Below are positions 20,632-30,587 of a stretch of DNA of 64,000 nucleotides, one piece after another. The stretch covers positions 4,864,001 to 4,928,000 of the forward strand of contig OZ242358.1 of NCBI GenBank assembly GCA_965208835.1. The letters run 5' to 3'. The DNA is from Candidatus Latescibacterota bacterium. GTDB lineage: Bacteria; Latescibacterota; UBA2968; GCA-2709665. Made by a program: the position numbers and the translations under genes. The notes beneath the pieces were generated by a model. That model was given only the letters and a program-made list of their open reading frames with translations. It searched no databases and was not told where the DNA came from. How positions within the stretch are numbered: the stretch's first letter is position 1; each line of letters begins with the position of its first letter.

Positions 20632-21606
20632 CTATACATCCGCAATCGATACGGGTTCGCCGGTTTCGAGCGAACGGTTTACCGCCACCACAACCTGCTG
20701 GGTCTTCACGGCGTCCGAGTACGGACATCGCAGCTTCGATCCGTCGCCCGTGCGCACCGCCTCGATAAAGGCGTTGTCCATCTCCTGCCAGTACGGATTG
20801 CCGACCTCGAATATCTCGGACCGGTCTCCCTGCACAACCGTAATCGACTTTCTCTCTTTGTACTCGATGACCATATCCTTCGTGTAAATATCCAATCCGC
20901 CCCGATGGCCGCACGACAGAAAACAGGCCGAAAAGAGCGTCGCCAGCGTGCCGTTCTCGAAAATCAGCGTGGCCGCGCTCGCGTCTTCGATATCGTAGTC
21001 CTCCACATCCGTCATCAACCCCGTACGGCCCCCCGCGAAAACGGTTTTCACGTCCCCGAAGAGATACCGGGCCATGTCCGTCACGTGAACCGTCTGCTCC
21101 ACGGCCTGCCCGCCGGACAGCTGCTTCCGCCGCCACCAGTATGCGCCCGGCAACCCCCCCATCCAGTACCCGATCGCCAGCCCGACCTGGCGGTCCGCAA
21201 GCAGGTCCCGCGTCTTGTCGATAATGTCCAGGTACCGACCCTGGAAGCCCACGCAGGAAATCACGCCGTGTTCCCGGATTGCCGCGTCCGCCTCCCGCGC
21301 CGTGTCCATGTGCAGAGAGATCGGTTTCTCGACGAAAAGCGCGATTCCCTTCTCCGCGGCAAGGATCTCCTGCGTCTCGTGGGCGAATGGAGGAACGCAG
21401 ACGTATACCGCATCCAGCTCCACTTCGTTCAACATGGACCTGTAGTCCGTGAATACCCCGGCGTTCCACTCCGCAGCGGCCTCGTCCGCCTTCGCCCGAT
21501 CCAGATCGCAAACGGCCACGACCGCCACGTCGTCCATGCGCTTCAAATGCCGCCGATGCCCGCGTGAGATGTTCCCCGCGCCGATAAAACCGACCTTCAC
21601 CGTCAT
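20632..21606 (-). CDS. Gfo/Idh/MocA oxidoreductase
   Basis: VGFIGAG, FVEKP, GFQGRY, SGGQAVEQTVH. Confidence 0.9.
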   Translation of the reverse strand: MTVKVGFIGAGNISRGHRRHLKRMDDVAVVAVCDLDRAKADEAAAEWNAGVFTDYRSMLNEVELDAVYVCVPPFAHETQEILAAEKGIALFVEKPISLHMDTAREADAAIREHGVISCVGFQGRYLDIIDKTRDLLADRQVGLAIGYWMGGLPGAYWWRRKQLSGGQAVEQTVHVTDMARYLFGDVKTVFAGGRTGLMTDVEDYDIEDASAATLIFENGTLATLFSACFLSCGHRGGLDIYTKDMVIEYKERKSITVVQGDRSEIFEVGNPYWQEMDNAFIEAVRTGDGSKLRCPYSDAVKTQQVVVAVNRSLETGEPVSIADV

Positions 21607-21645
21607 CCGCAGATCCCTTTACCGTAATGACAGGGCAACCGGTTG

Positions 21646-24420
21646 TTATTTCAACTCTTCCTTCAGCGCCCGGATCGTCGCCTCCAGCGCCTTCATCTCC
21701 TTGCCGGCCTGCTCCCAGTCCCACTGCTGCAGCGCCGTTCGCACGCGCGAGTAGTGCGCATCCGCCTTTGCCGCCAGTTCGGCCGCTGAACGCCCGGCCT
21801 GAACCGCAACCTGAGTCGCCGGCGTTTCCACCCTGTCTTCCGCCAGGGTGGCGCCAACCCCCTCCCCGAACAGGACCGTCAGCGCTTCTTCGAACGTATT
21901 CCGCATCACCACCTGCCCGCCAAACGCGACGATCACCTGCTTCAATTCGGGAATCGCCGAACTGCGTTCCTGCTGCCGCCTCGGCTGGGGCTGGCTTCCC
22001 GGCAAGCCTTCCTCCTGCCCGTACGCCTGCTGGTCGGGCTCCTGCCTCGCCTGCAGATAGATGGGTTCCACGTAGATGAACGAACTCTCCACCGGAATGG
22101 CCAGCAGGTTCCCGCGGATCACCTCCGATCCGCGCTGCCCCCACAGTGTCAACTGGCTGGAGATGTCCGGCTGCTGGTCCACCCTCGCTTCGATCTGCAT
22201 CGGACCGTAGATGAGCTTGTCCTTGGGCAGCTTGTACACCAGCAGGTGTCCGTAGTTCTCACCGTCGGACCGCGCCGCGAGCCAGGCGATCATATTGTCT
22301 CTCTTCGTGGGCGTAAAGGGCACCATCAGCAGGAATTCCTCCTGGCTCTCACCCGGCAGCTTGACGATGATATAATAGGGCAGCATCGGCTGAGGCTGGT
22401 CGCTGTAAATCTCGTTCGGGATCTCCCAGAGGTCCTCCTGGTTGAAGAAGACGTTGACGTCTTCCATGTGATAACTCCGGTACATGGAGGCCTGCGCGTA
22501 AAACAGGTCGATCGGATACCTCACGTGCGCCCTCAGATTCTCCGGCATGTCGGACATCGGCCGGAACACCCCCGGGAACATCTCGCCATAAGATCGAATC
22601 AGCGGATCTTCCGCATCCACCTGATAGAACGTTACCGTGCCGTTGTAGGCGTCGACCACCACCTTCACGGAGTTTCTGATATAGTTGATCCTCATTCGCC
22701 CCGAGCGCGTGGAATACGGGTACATATCGGAAATCGTGTACGCATCCTGTATCCAGTAGAGCCTGCCCTCGGACGCCACGATATAGGGATCGGTATCGTA
22801 CATGAGGAAGGGAACCAGCGTCTGGACACGCTCCCGAATCTGCCGGCGGAACATGATGCGGCTTTCGGGCAAGATGTAACCGCTCAGCAGGAGGCTTACG
22901 TCCCAGAATCGAATGGCGAACGCCAGCCGATTGATGAAGCTGCCCGCGGGCACGCCCCCTGCCCCCTCATACGTCGAATACTGGTTCTCGTCGCCCTTCG
23001 GGTAGTCGAATTCCTCGATCCCGGTCTTCACCACCACGTAAGCGTAGGTCCTTTCTCCGTAGTAGATCTCGGGCCGATCGACCTCCAGCCCCGGATCCGA
23101 AACCGGCGGAATATCCTTGACCATGAACGCCGGCAGGCCCTCCGGGGTGACGTGGTTGACCGGGCTGATGGTCACCCCGTATCCGTGGGTGTACTGCAGA
23201 CGCTCGTTGACCCAGTTCCTGGCCTGAGACGGCAGGCGGTTGGTGTCCAGCTCCCGGGCGGACAACATGACCTGCCGGTACACGCCATCCACCGTGTATC
23301 GGTCCACGTCCACGCTCGGAAATACGTAGTAGGGCCGGATTTCCTGCACCTGCTGGTAGGTCTGCTTCAGGGGCCGTTCGTCCCAGATCCGGATGTTTCG
23401 CATCGTAAGCGGGTTCGCCTGTATATCCGCCAGCGTCAGGTCCTCCGACGCCTCAAACGGCTGCTCAACGATCCGGTCCAGCCCGTATGCCCGATTGGTC
23501 GCTTCGATGTTGTACTTGATATATGGCCCTTCACGGCGGAGTTCGCTCGGCTCCACCACAAGCTTCTGGACCACCGTGGCGGGCACCGCACCCACCACGA
23601 TCGTGCCGATAACCAGCACGCCGACACCCCTGAGCGGCAGCCGGGTATTCGGCGATCTGACATTCAGAAAGAGGAAGACCGCCGCGGCCAGGAAGACGAT
23701 CACCATCACCCAGTATGCCCAGATCTGAACGTTGACGTCCACGTAACCGGCCCCGAAGAACCGCCCCTGCGAATACAGCAAGGCATAAATCTTGAGACGG
23801 TACTTCCATGCCAGCGCGACGAGGAATACGCCGCCCAATCCCGAAAGATGGGCCATGGGCCGTTCCCCAACCTCCAGCCCCTCACGGATTCCGATACCAC
23901 CCGCCGTTACGTACATCATTACGACGACCAGCGCCGACAGTACAAGAGCCGCAATCAGAAATCCGGACAGAAAATCGTAGAACGGAAGCAGGAATACATA
24001 AAACCCCACCTCCCGGTCGAAGATCGGATCGGTCGCGCCGAACGGCTGTTCGTACAGGTACCGCAGCAGGACCGGCCACTGACTGGCGCCGATGTTGCCC
24101 AGGATGAATACAAGCACGGCCGCGATGAAGACCTGCGTCTTCCTGGACTGCAACACGCCTCCGGGTTCGCCTTCCACCCGCATCGCCCGCTGTGTAATCT
24201 TCCCGGCAATCCACAGGTTCACCCCCACCACGACGGCCGCGATCGCGCCGAATAACATGCCCGACCCGAAGCGGGCGCGAATGATACGCCAGAAGACCGA
24301 ATCGAAATCCAGACTCCTGAACCACAGCCAGTCCGTATAGTACGACACCAGAAAACTGATTCCGAAGAATCCGCCAATCAGCACGCCAAGAACCACCCAT
24401 CCCTTCGGACGCCGATCCAT
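21646..24420 (-). CDS. UPF0182-family membrane protein
   Basis: TDWLWF, DPIFDREVGFYVF, YTHGYG, NYIRNSVK, GNLLAIP, YVEPIY. Confidence 0.92.
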   Translation of the reverse strand: MDRRPKGWVVLGVLIGGFFGISFLVSYYTDWLWFRSLDFDSVFWRIIRARFGSGMLFGAIAAVVVGVNLWIAGKITQRAMRVEGEPGGVLQSRKTQVFIAAVLVFILGNIGASQWPVLLRYLYEQPFGATDPIFDREVGFYVFLLPFYDFLSGFLIAALVLSALVVVMMYVTAGGIGIREGLEVGERPMAHLSGLGGVFLVALAWKYRLKIYALLYSQGRFFGAGYVDVNVQIWAYWVMVIVFLAAAVFLFLNVRSPNTRLPLRGVGVLVIGTIVVGAVPATVVQKLVVEPSELRREGPYIKYNIEATNRAYGLDRIVEQPFEASEDLTLADIQANPLTMRNIRIWDERPLKQTYQQVQEIRPYYVFPSVDVDRYTVDGVYRQVMLSARELDTNRLPSQARNWVNERLQYTHGYGVTISPVNHVTPEGLPAFMVKDIPPVSDPGLEVDRPEIYYGERTYAYVVVKTGIEEFDYPKGDENQYSTYEGAGGVPAGSFINRLAFAIRFWDVSLLLSGYILPESRIMFRRQIRERVQTLVPFLMYDTDPYIVASEGRLYWIQDAYTISDMYPYSTRSGRMRINYIRNSVKVVVDAYNGTVTFYQVDAEDPLIRSYGEMFPGVFRPMSDMPENLRAHVRYPIDLFYAQASMYRSYHMEDVNVFFNQEDLWEIPNEIYSDQPQPMLPYYIIVKLPGESQEEFLLMVPFTPTKRDNMIAWLAARSDGENYGHLLVYKLPKDKLIYGPMQIEARVDQQPDISSQLTLWGQRGSEVIRGNLLAIPVESSFIYVEPIYLQARQEPDQQAYGQEEGLPGSQPQPRRQQERSSAIPELKQVIVAFGGQVVMRNTFEEALTVLFGEGVGATLAEDRVETPATQVAVQAGRSAAELAAKADAHYSRVRTALQQWDWEQAGKEMKALEATIRALKEELK

Positions 24421-24509
24421 GATTGCTCCTTTTCCAAAAACATGACGAAGTGATGATTTCCTTCACAAGTAAACAAAAAAACCGCTTCCTGTCAGCAAAA
24501 ACATTCAAA

Positions 24510-24640
24510 GGCGGTTAGGCGTAAGACGCAAGACGGTAGAAGAGATCCCTGCCCGGTATGTTCTTCCTCCTTGCCTTCGGCACGAAAAGAACCCTCACGA
24601 GGCAGCCAATCTCTCCCCTTTCCCATCTAACGTCTCACCG
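24510..24640 (+). repeat. Family A element copy 3, followed by a GCTGACG/GCTGATA 7-mer run (24642-24670)
   Basis: Core TTGCCTTCGGCACGAAAAGAACCCTCACGAGGCAG identical to copy 1. Confidence 0.85.
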
Positions 24641-24797
24641 ATTTTAGCTGACGGCTGACGGCTGATAGCTCTGTGTGAGGTGTGGGGGGAGAGGTCCGCA
24701 GGACCCAACACTAACATTTGACATCCGGCGCCCGCTTTGTCTTATTGTCCATGTCGCACCTGTGTCTACGCGGCCCGAACATAACCAGGAGTGCGCC

Positions 24798-25586
24798 ATG
24801 TCGGAATTTCAGGATAAAGTGGTCATCGTCACCGGTGGCGCCAAGGGTATCGGCAGCGGCATCTGCCTGGCTTTCGCCCGGGAGGGCGCCCGCGTCCTCT
24901 GCGCCGACGTGGACGTGAAGGCCGGAGATCGGCTCGCCGCGGAAAGCGGCCCTCTACCCGGCCATATCCGCTTTCAGGCGGCGGACGTGGCGCAAGACGA
25001 CGCATGCCGGGGGCTCGCGGCGACCGCAGTTTCAGATTGGGGCGGCGTGGACATCCTCTGCAACAACGTGGGCGTCCAGCCCGTCAGCAGCTACCAGCCC
25101 GCCCATGAAATGCCGGAAGAAACCTGGGACTACATCCTGAACGTCAACCTGAAGAGCGCCTTCCTGATGACCCGTCACTGCATACCCGAAATGATCAAAC
25201 GCGGAGGCGGCGTGATCATCAACACGGCCAGCGTCCAGGGGCTGCAATCCACGAAGGGCGTCTGCGCATACGCCGCCAGCAAAGGCGGCATCCTCTCACT
25301 GACGCGACAACTCGCCCTGGAATACGCGGAAGACAACGTGCGCGTGCTGGCCGTCAACCCCGGCACCATCGACACGCCGATGGTGGAGGAAGCCCTGCAG
25401 GCCATGGGTGGCGACGAGACGGAACATCGTGAACAGATGAGCCGGGCCCATCCCATCGGCCGGATCGGCACGCCCGACGACATCGCGAATGCCGTGCTGT
25501 TCCTCGCCAGCGAAAAAGCCTCCTTCATGACCGGCGAAAACGTCTGCGTGGACGGCGGGATGATGGCCAAGGGCGCGTGGAGCTGA
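24798..25586 (+). CDS. Short-chain dehydrogenase/reductase
   Basis: TGGAKGIG, NNVG, YAASK, PGTIDT, VDGG. Confidence 0.92.
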   Translation: MSEFQDKVVIVTGGAKGIGSGICLAFAREGARVLCADVDVKAGDRLAAESGPLPGHIRFQAADVAQDDACRGLAATAVSDWGGVDILCNNVGVQPVSSYQPAHEMPEETWDYILNVNLKSAFLMTRHCIPEMIKRGGGVIINTASVQGLQSTKGVCAYAASKGGILSLTRQLALEYAEDNVRVLAVNPGTIDTPMVEEALQAMGGDETEHREQMSRAHPIGRIGTPDDIANAVLFLASEKASFMTGENVCVDGGMMAKGAWS

Positions 25587-25616
25587 TCGTCCGGGTCCCG
25601 GATTTCAACCCCCTCT

Positions 25617-26096
25617 ATGGACTTCCATCCGTTTATCGTCCACTTCCCCCTGGCCCTGCTCACCGTGGGCTTTTTCTGCGACGCCGCCGGCATTCTGTTT
25701 CGCAGGGATCACCTTCTCCGCACCGGATACCTCCTCCTTGTCCTCGGCGCAGTCTCGGCGATTGCGGCCTCGCTGACCGGAAACGCGGCAGAGGAAACAG
25801 CAGCCCGAATCCCCGGCATCGCGGCCGCGCTGGAACAGCACGAATCCATCTCCACCGCCGCCACGTGGCTCGCCATCGTTCTGGTTCTCCTCCGAACCCA
25901 CCTCATCCTCAAGCGAAAGTTCACAGGAACCGTTCGGTTCGCGTATCTCGCGGGCGCCGCGGCAACGGCAGTCCTCGTTGCCCTCAGCGGATATACGGGG
26001 GGTAAAATGACGTACGAATACGGTCCGGGCATCCGGCCTGTGATGGAAGCGCTCACGCACCCCAAAGGCGGGGAGAGGGAAGACGTAAGACGGTAG
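25617..26096 (+). CDS. DUF2231-type membrane protein
   Basis: HPFIVHFPLAL, TGNAA, GYTGGKMTYEYG; last residues encoded by repeat copy 4. Confidence 0.8.
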   Translation: MDFHPFIVHFPLALLTVGFFCDAAGILFRRDHLLRTGYLLLVLGAVSAIAASLTGNAAEETAARIPGIAAALEQHESISTAATWLAIVLVLLRTHLILKRKFTGTVRFAYLAGAAATAVLVALSGYTGGKMTYEYGPGIRPVMEALTHPKGGEREDVRR

Positions 26097-26233
26097 AAGA
26101 AAGGCGGGGAGACGGGAGAGGTGAGACGGTAGAAGAAGCCCTTGCCGATCTGTTCTTCCGACTTGCCTGCGGCAGGAAAAGAACCCTCACGAGGCAGGCA
26201 ATCTCTCCCGTCTAACGTCTTAGGTCTTCCCGC
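26067..26233 (+). repeat. Family A element copy 4 (overlaps the 3' end of the DUF2231 gene)
   Basis: 7-mer arms; core TTGCCTGCGGCAGGAAAAGAACCCTCACGAGGCAGGCAAT. Confidence 0.85.
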
Positions 26234-26756
26234 TCTTAAGGAACACGCCGTAGGCAGGGAATATGAACAGAAATACGAACGATGGGATTTGCTTAATGCA
26301 GGTCTCTGTTTTTTGAATCAAATCATTATTTTTCTTTCTTTTACGTCCTTTTTCTTATGCGCGGAAGAAAAAGGACCAAAAAGAACCGCGCCCTTCGGCA
26401 GGGGGCCGGTTTTTCCGTAAATCACTCCAGAGGCTCAGATGGGGTTTTGGTGGCCTACCAATCGTTCAGAATTACCAATACGAGTGCGCTGGACGGATCG
26501 GCACGGAAAAACCCCCCATACCCCCGGTCGCCAGTTGTGAACACCATTGATTGGGCGAAACCTGCCATTCCTCCCTCTCTCCCGCGCGCATGGGGCAGGG
26601 GGGAGAGGTCCCGCGACGCACCGGATCATGCGTTTCGTTCTTGATCGGGGAACCTTTGTACGCTACCTTTCGGGGCATCGTGCAGGCCCGCCTGTGCCGA
26701 TACTTCCCGCAACGCGAGAAACTCTCTCCAGAACCTGTCCGGAAAAGTGAGCCCGA

Positions 26757-29110
26757 ATGCATCCCGCAGCACATTCCCCGTTCCGCACCGCCGCCGTTCT
26801 GGGCGCGGGTGTGATGGGATCGCAGATTGCCGCACACCTGGCAAACGCCGGCCTGTCCGTCCATCTTCTGGATCTTCCCGGCGACGGGAAGAACAGGAAC
26901 GCGATCGTCGAAGGCGCGTTGAAAGGCCTCGAGCGCGTCAGCCCGGCCCCCCTTTTTACGGAAGAAACCGTCCGCCGCATTACCCCCGGCAACATTGAAG
27001 ATGACTTCCATCGCACGACCGAAGCGGACTGGATCATCGAAGCCGTTGTCGAGAAGCCCCTCGTCAAACAACAGATGATGGCTCGCGTGGAGGCCGCCGC
27101 GAACAGCCGTGCCGTTATCTCCACCAACACGAGCGGCATTCCGATCCACCTGATCGCGCAGGACCGGTCCCCGGACTTCAAGAGCCGTTTCCTGGGAACG
27201 CACTTCTTCAACCCGCCGCGCTACCTCAAGCTCCTCGAACTCATCCCTCTTCCCGAAACCGATCCGGCCGTTGTCGAACGCGTCTCCGGGTTCGGCCGGG
27301 TACGGCTTGGCAAGGGCATCGTAATCGCAAACGACACCCCGGCTTCATCGGCAACCGCATCGGCGTGTACGCGATGATGCAGTGTATCCGGGCCTTTACG
27401 GATGGCGGATATACGATCGAGGAAATAGACGCCCTCACCGGACCGCTGCTGGGACGTCCGAGGTCGGCCACGTTCAGGACGGCCGACGTCGTCGGACTGG
27501 ACACCCTCACGCACGTCGCCGAATACCTGTATCGTGCTCTGCCGGAAGACGAAAGCCGCGACCTGTTCCAGGTTCCCGCGCCGGTCGCGCAACTCGTCGA
27601 GGACGGAGCCACCGGCGCCAAGGCGGGCAGGGGCTTCTACAGGAAAGAAGGCCGGGACATCCTCTCGTTCAACCCGGTTACCGGCGCCTACGAACCGCCC
27701 CGGGAACCGGTACTGGGCGATCTCGAACCCATTCGCAGCCAGAGAGAGCTCTCCCGACGCCTGCGCGACCTTTACGCGCTAGGTGGACGGGCGGGCGATT
27801 TCTTCCGGGAGCATCTCCTTGATACTCTGGGTTACAGCGCCCGCCGCATCCCCGAAATCACGACGAACCCCGCGGACATAGATCGGGCCCTTCGCTGGGG
27901 ATTCGGTTGGGAGGTCGGGCCCTTTGAAATGTGGGATATCATCGGGTTCGACAAGATCCTGGCGGACATGAAGGCTGAAAAGACCGCTCTGCCGGAATGG
28001 ATCGAAACCATGGCCGGGTCGGGAGCCGGAGGATTTCGCGATCGCTCACGGGTCTATCTCCCCGACCGCGGATACGTGCGGGAGTCCGGAACCACGGATG
28101 AATTCACGGCGCCCGCCGTCGACTCTGAAAAACAGCACGTCCACTGGCAAAACGAGGAAGCCGCTCTGCTGGACCTGGGCGACGATATCGCCCACTTTGA
28201 ATACCGCTCCAAGGCGAACTCGATGGGAGAAACCCTCGTACGCGGTCTCATCGACGCGGTCGACGTCGTCGAAGCGGGGAATTTCCGGGGAATGGTCATC
28301 TGCAACACGGGGAAGAACTTCTCAGTTGGCGCGAACCTGGGAGAAATGGTCGCGCACGCGGAACGGAAACGCTTCGACCTGATGGACCGGCTCCTGGTCA
28401 ATTTTCAACAGATGATCCAGCGTGTCCACTACGCCGCCAAACCCGTCGTGGTCGCCACCCACGGCCGCGTACTCGGCGGCGGCTGCGAACTCACGATGGC
28501 CTGCGCCAGCTCCGTGGCCGCGGCGGAATCCTACATCGGTCTTGTGGAACTCGCCGTAGGCCTCATCCCCGGCGGGTGCGGCACCATGCGCATGGCGGCG
28601 ATTTCGCACGAACGCGCCTCATCCGAACACGACAGTCACATCCAGCCCTTTCTGACCAGGGCCTTCGAAACGGTGGCCATGGCGAAGGTATCCAACAGCG
28701 CCCATCAGGCGCGGGAATACGGATTTCTGGCCGCCGGTTCGCCCATCGTCATGAACCAGGACCTCCGGCTCCAGGCCGCCCGTCAGGAAGTTCTGCGCCT
28801 TTCCGGCCAGGGGTACGCGCCGCCCCCGGTCCGCAATGCCATCCGGGTTCTCGGGCAGCCGGCACGCGCGCGGTTCGAGGTGACAACCCACAATATGCTC
28901 CGCTCGGGTTTCATCAGCGAATACGACCGCTTTCTGGCCAACCGGTTCGCCTACGTGCTGACCGGCGGCGATCTCACAGGCCCGGCGAACGTACACGAGG
29001 ACTACCTTCTCGAACTGGAGCGCGAAGTCTTTGTCGCCCTGACCGGCGAAGCAAAGACCCGGGAACGGATCCACAGCATTCTGCGCACCAACAGACCCCT
29101 GCGAAACTGA
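26757..29110 (+). pseudogene. 3-hydroxyacyl-CoA dehydrogenase/enoyl-CoA hydratase (FadN-like), split by a 1-bp frameshift near 27340; may be a sequencing error
   Basis: GAGVMG, EAVVE, STNTSG, HFFNPP in ORF 26757-27377; restoring one base gives DTPGFIGNRIG continuing into ORF 27365-29110 (crotonase domain, GGGCE). Confidence 0.85.
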
Positions 29111-29364
29111 CCGGGATTCATCGTTTTTCAGGAACGTTACACCGAATATATGCAAAATGCAGGTCCCCTTCTCTTGGCCACGGCTGTCCAGGATCAGTAC
29201 CGATTTGGGACCGGTGTGGTTGGCGTTCCCGGGAGCGAGGGCAGGATGCCCTCGCTCCGGTTACAGGTGGATCATGTCGTGATAGTGGTTGGAAAAGACG
29301 TTTTTGGACAGGTGTGGATTACCTGGATACAACAGGTCACTGGACGTGAGAGGTGTTGTCCGCC

Positions 29365-30552
29365 ATGAGCGAGGAAACATACATCGTCAGCAGCGTTCGC
29401 ACGGCCGTGGGCAAAGCCGGGAGAGGGGTCCTGCGCAACGTGCGGCCCGAAACCATGGGCGCGGCCGCCGTCAACGGCGCCATCGGCCGCGTGGAGGGCC
29501 TTCAGCCCGAAAGTATCGACGACGTGATCATGGGCTGCGCGTTTCCGGAAGCGCAGCAGGGCATGGTTCTCGGTCGCGTCGTCGCACAGAAGGCGGGCCT
29601 GCCAGATACGGTTCCCGGCGTAACCATCAACCGTTTTTGCGCATCCGGGCTGCAATCCATCGCGATGGCGCACCAGGCGGTCTCCGCGGGGCAGGCCGAC
29701 GTGATCGTGGCCGGCGGCGCCGAGTCCATGAGCCTGGTGCCCATGGGCGGAAACAATTTCATGCCGGACCCGGACATCACACGGGAAGACCCCGACCTCT
29801 ACATTGACATGGGAAACACCGCTGAAAACCTGGCGGAAAGCGAGAACATCTCCCGTGAGGAACAGGACCTCTTCGCCCTGCGTTCCCACCAGCGCGCACT
29901 CGCCGCCGCCGCGGAAGGCCGCTTCAACGACGAGATCGTGCCCCTCCACGTGGTGGACACGGTGTACGACAACGGACGGACGACATCCACCGAGACGACG
30001 TTCAGGGCCGACGAAGGGCCTCGCGCAGATACCAGCGCGGACGCCCTTGCCCGGCTGCGGCCGGTCTTTCGCGCGGGCGGCACCGTCACCGCGGGGAATG
30101 CCTCGCAGGTCTCGGACGGCGCTGCCGCAACGGTGGTGATGAGCGGGCGGACGGCAAGGGAACTGCAAGTGGAACCCATAGCGCGGCTCGCGGGTTATGC
30201 CGTGGCCGGCGTCGCGCCGGAAGTCATGGGCATCGGCCCGGCCGAAGCCGTGCCGAAAGCACTCCGGCAGGCGGGCCTCACCCAGGGAGATATCGGCCTG
30301 ATCGAACTGAACGAGGCCTTTGCGGCGCAGGCGCTCGCCGTCATCGGCAAACTGGACCTGGACCAGGATATCGTCAATGTCAACGGCGGGGCCATCGCGC
30401 TCGGCCATCCGCTGGGCTGCACCGGCGCCAAGCTCACCGCCACCCTTCTGCATGAGATGGCCCGCCGCAACGTCCGCTACGGCATCTGTACCATGTGTAT
30501 CGGCAGCGGTATGGGCGCCGCGGGTATTTTCGAAAACCTGACAGCCCGTTGA
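29365..30552 (+). CDS. fadA: Acetyl-CoA C-acyltransferase (thiolase)
   Basis: NRFCASG, NEAFA, GHPLG, CIGSGMG. Confidence 0.9.
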   Translation: MSEETYIVSSVRTAVGKAGRGVLRNVRPETMGAAAVNGAIGRVEGLQPESIDDVIMGCAFPEAQQGMVLGRVVAQKAGLPDTVPGVTINRFCASGLQSIAMAHQAVSAGQADVIVAGGAESMSLVPMGGNNFMPDPDITREDPDLYIDMGNTAENLAESENISREEQDLFALRSHQRALAAAAEGRFNDEIVPLHVVDTVYDNGRTTSTETTFRADEGPRADTSADALARLRPVFRAGGTVTAGNASQVSDGAAATVVMSGRTARELQVEPIARLAGYAVAGVAPEVMGIGPAEAVPKALRQAGLTQGDIGLIELNEAFAAQALAVIGKLDLDQDIVNVNGGAIALGHPLGCTGAKLTATLLHEMARRNVRYGICTMCIGSGMGAAGIFENLTAR

Positions 30553-30587
30553 AAAAGCCCATCCGGGCAGCTAAAGGTGTGAAATGC

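Noticed and set aside
22246-24255. 669-aa antisense ORF and similar long shadow ORFs (e.g. 30723-32240, 33284-34867, 39081-40556, 44600-46051)
   Set aside because: They lie opposite well-supported genes and are expected artefacts of high-GC codon bias.
26142-26420. Short ORFs over repeats (also 20460, 37760, 44139, 47965, 59199-59695)
   Set aside because: Translations of family A repeat sequence with recurring pseudo-motifs such as GRQSLPS.
30541-30560. IS terminal repeat (CAGCCCGTTGAAAAA) at the thiolase stop
   Set aside because: Single short match with no partner end or transposase.
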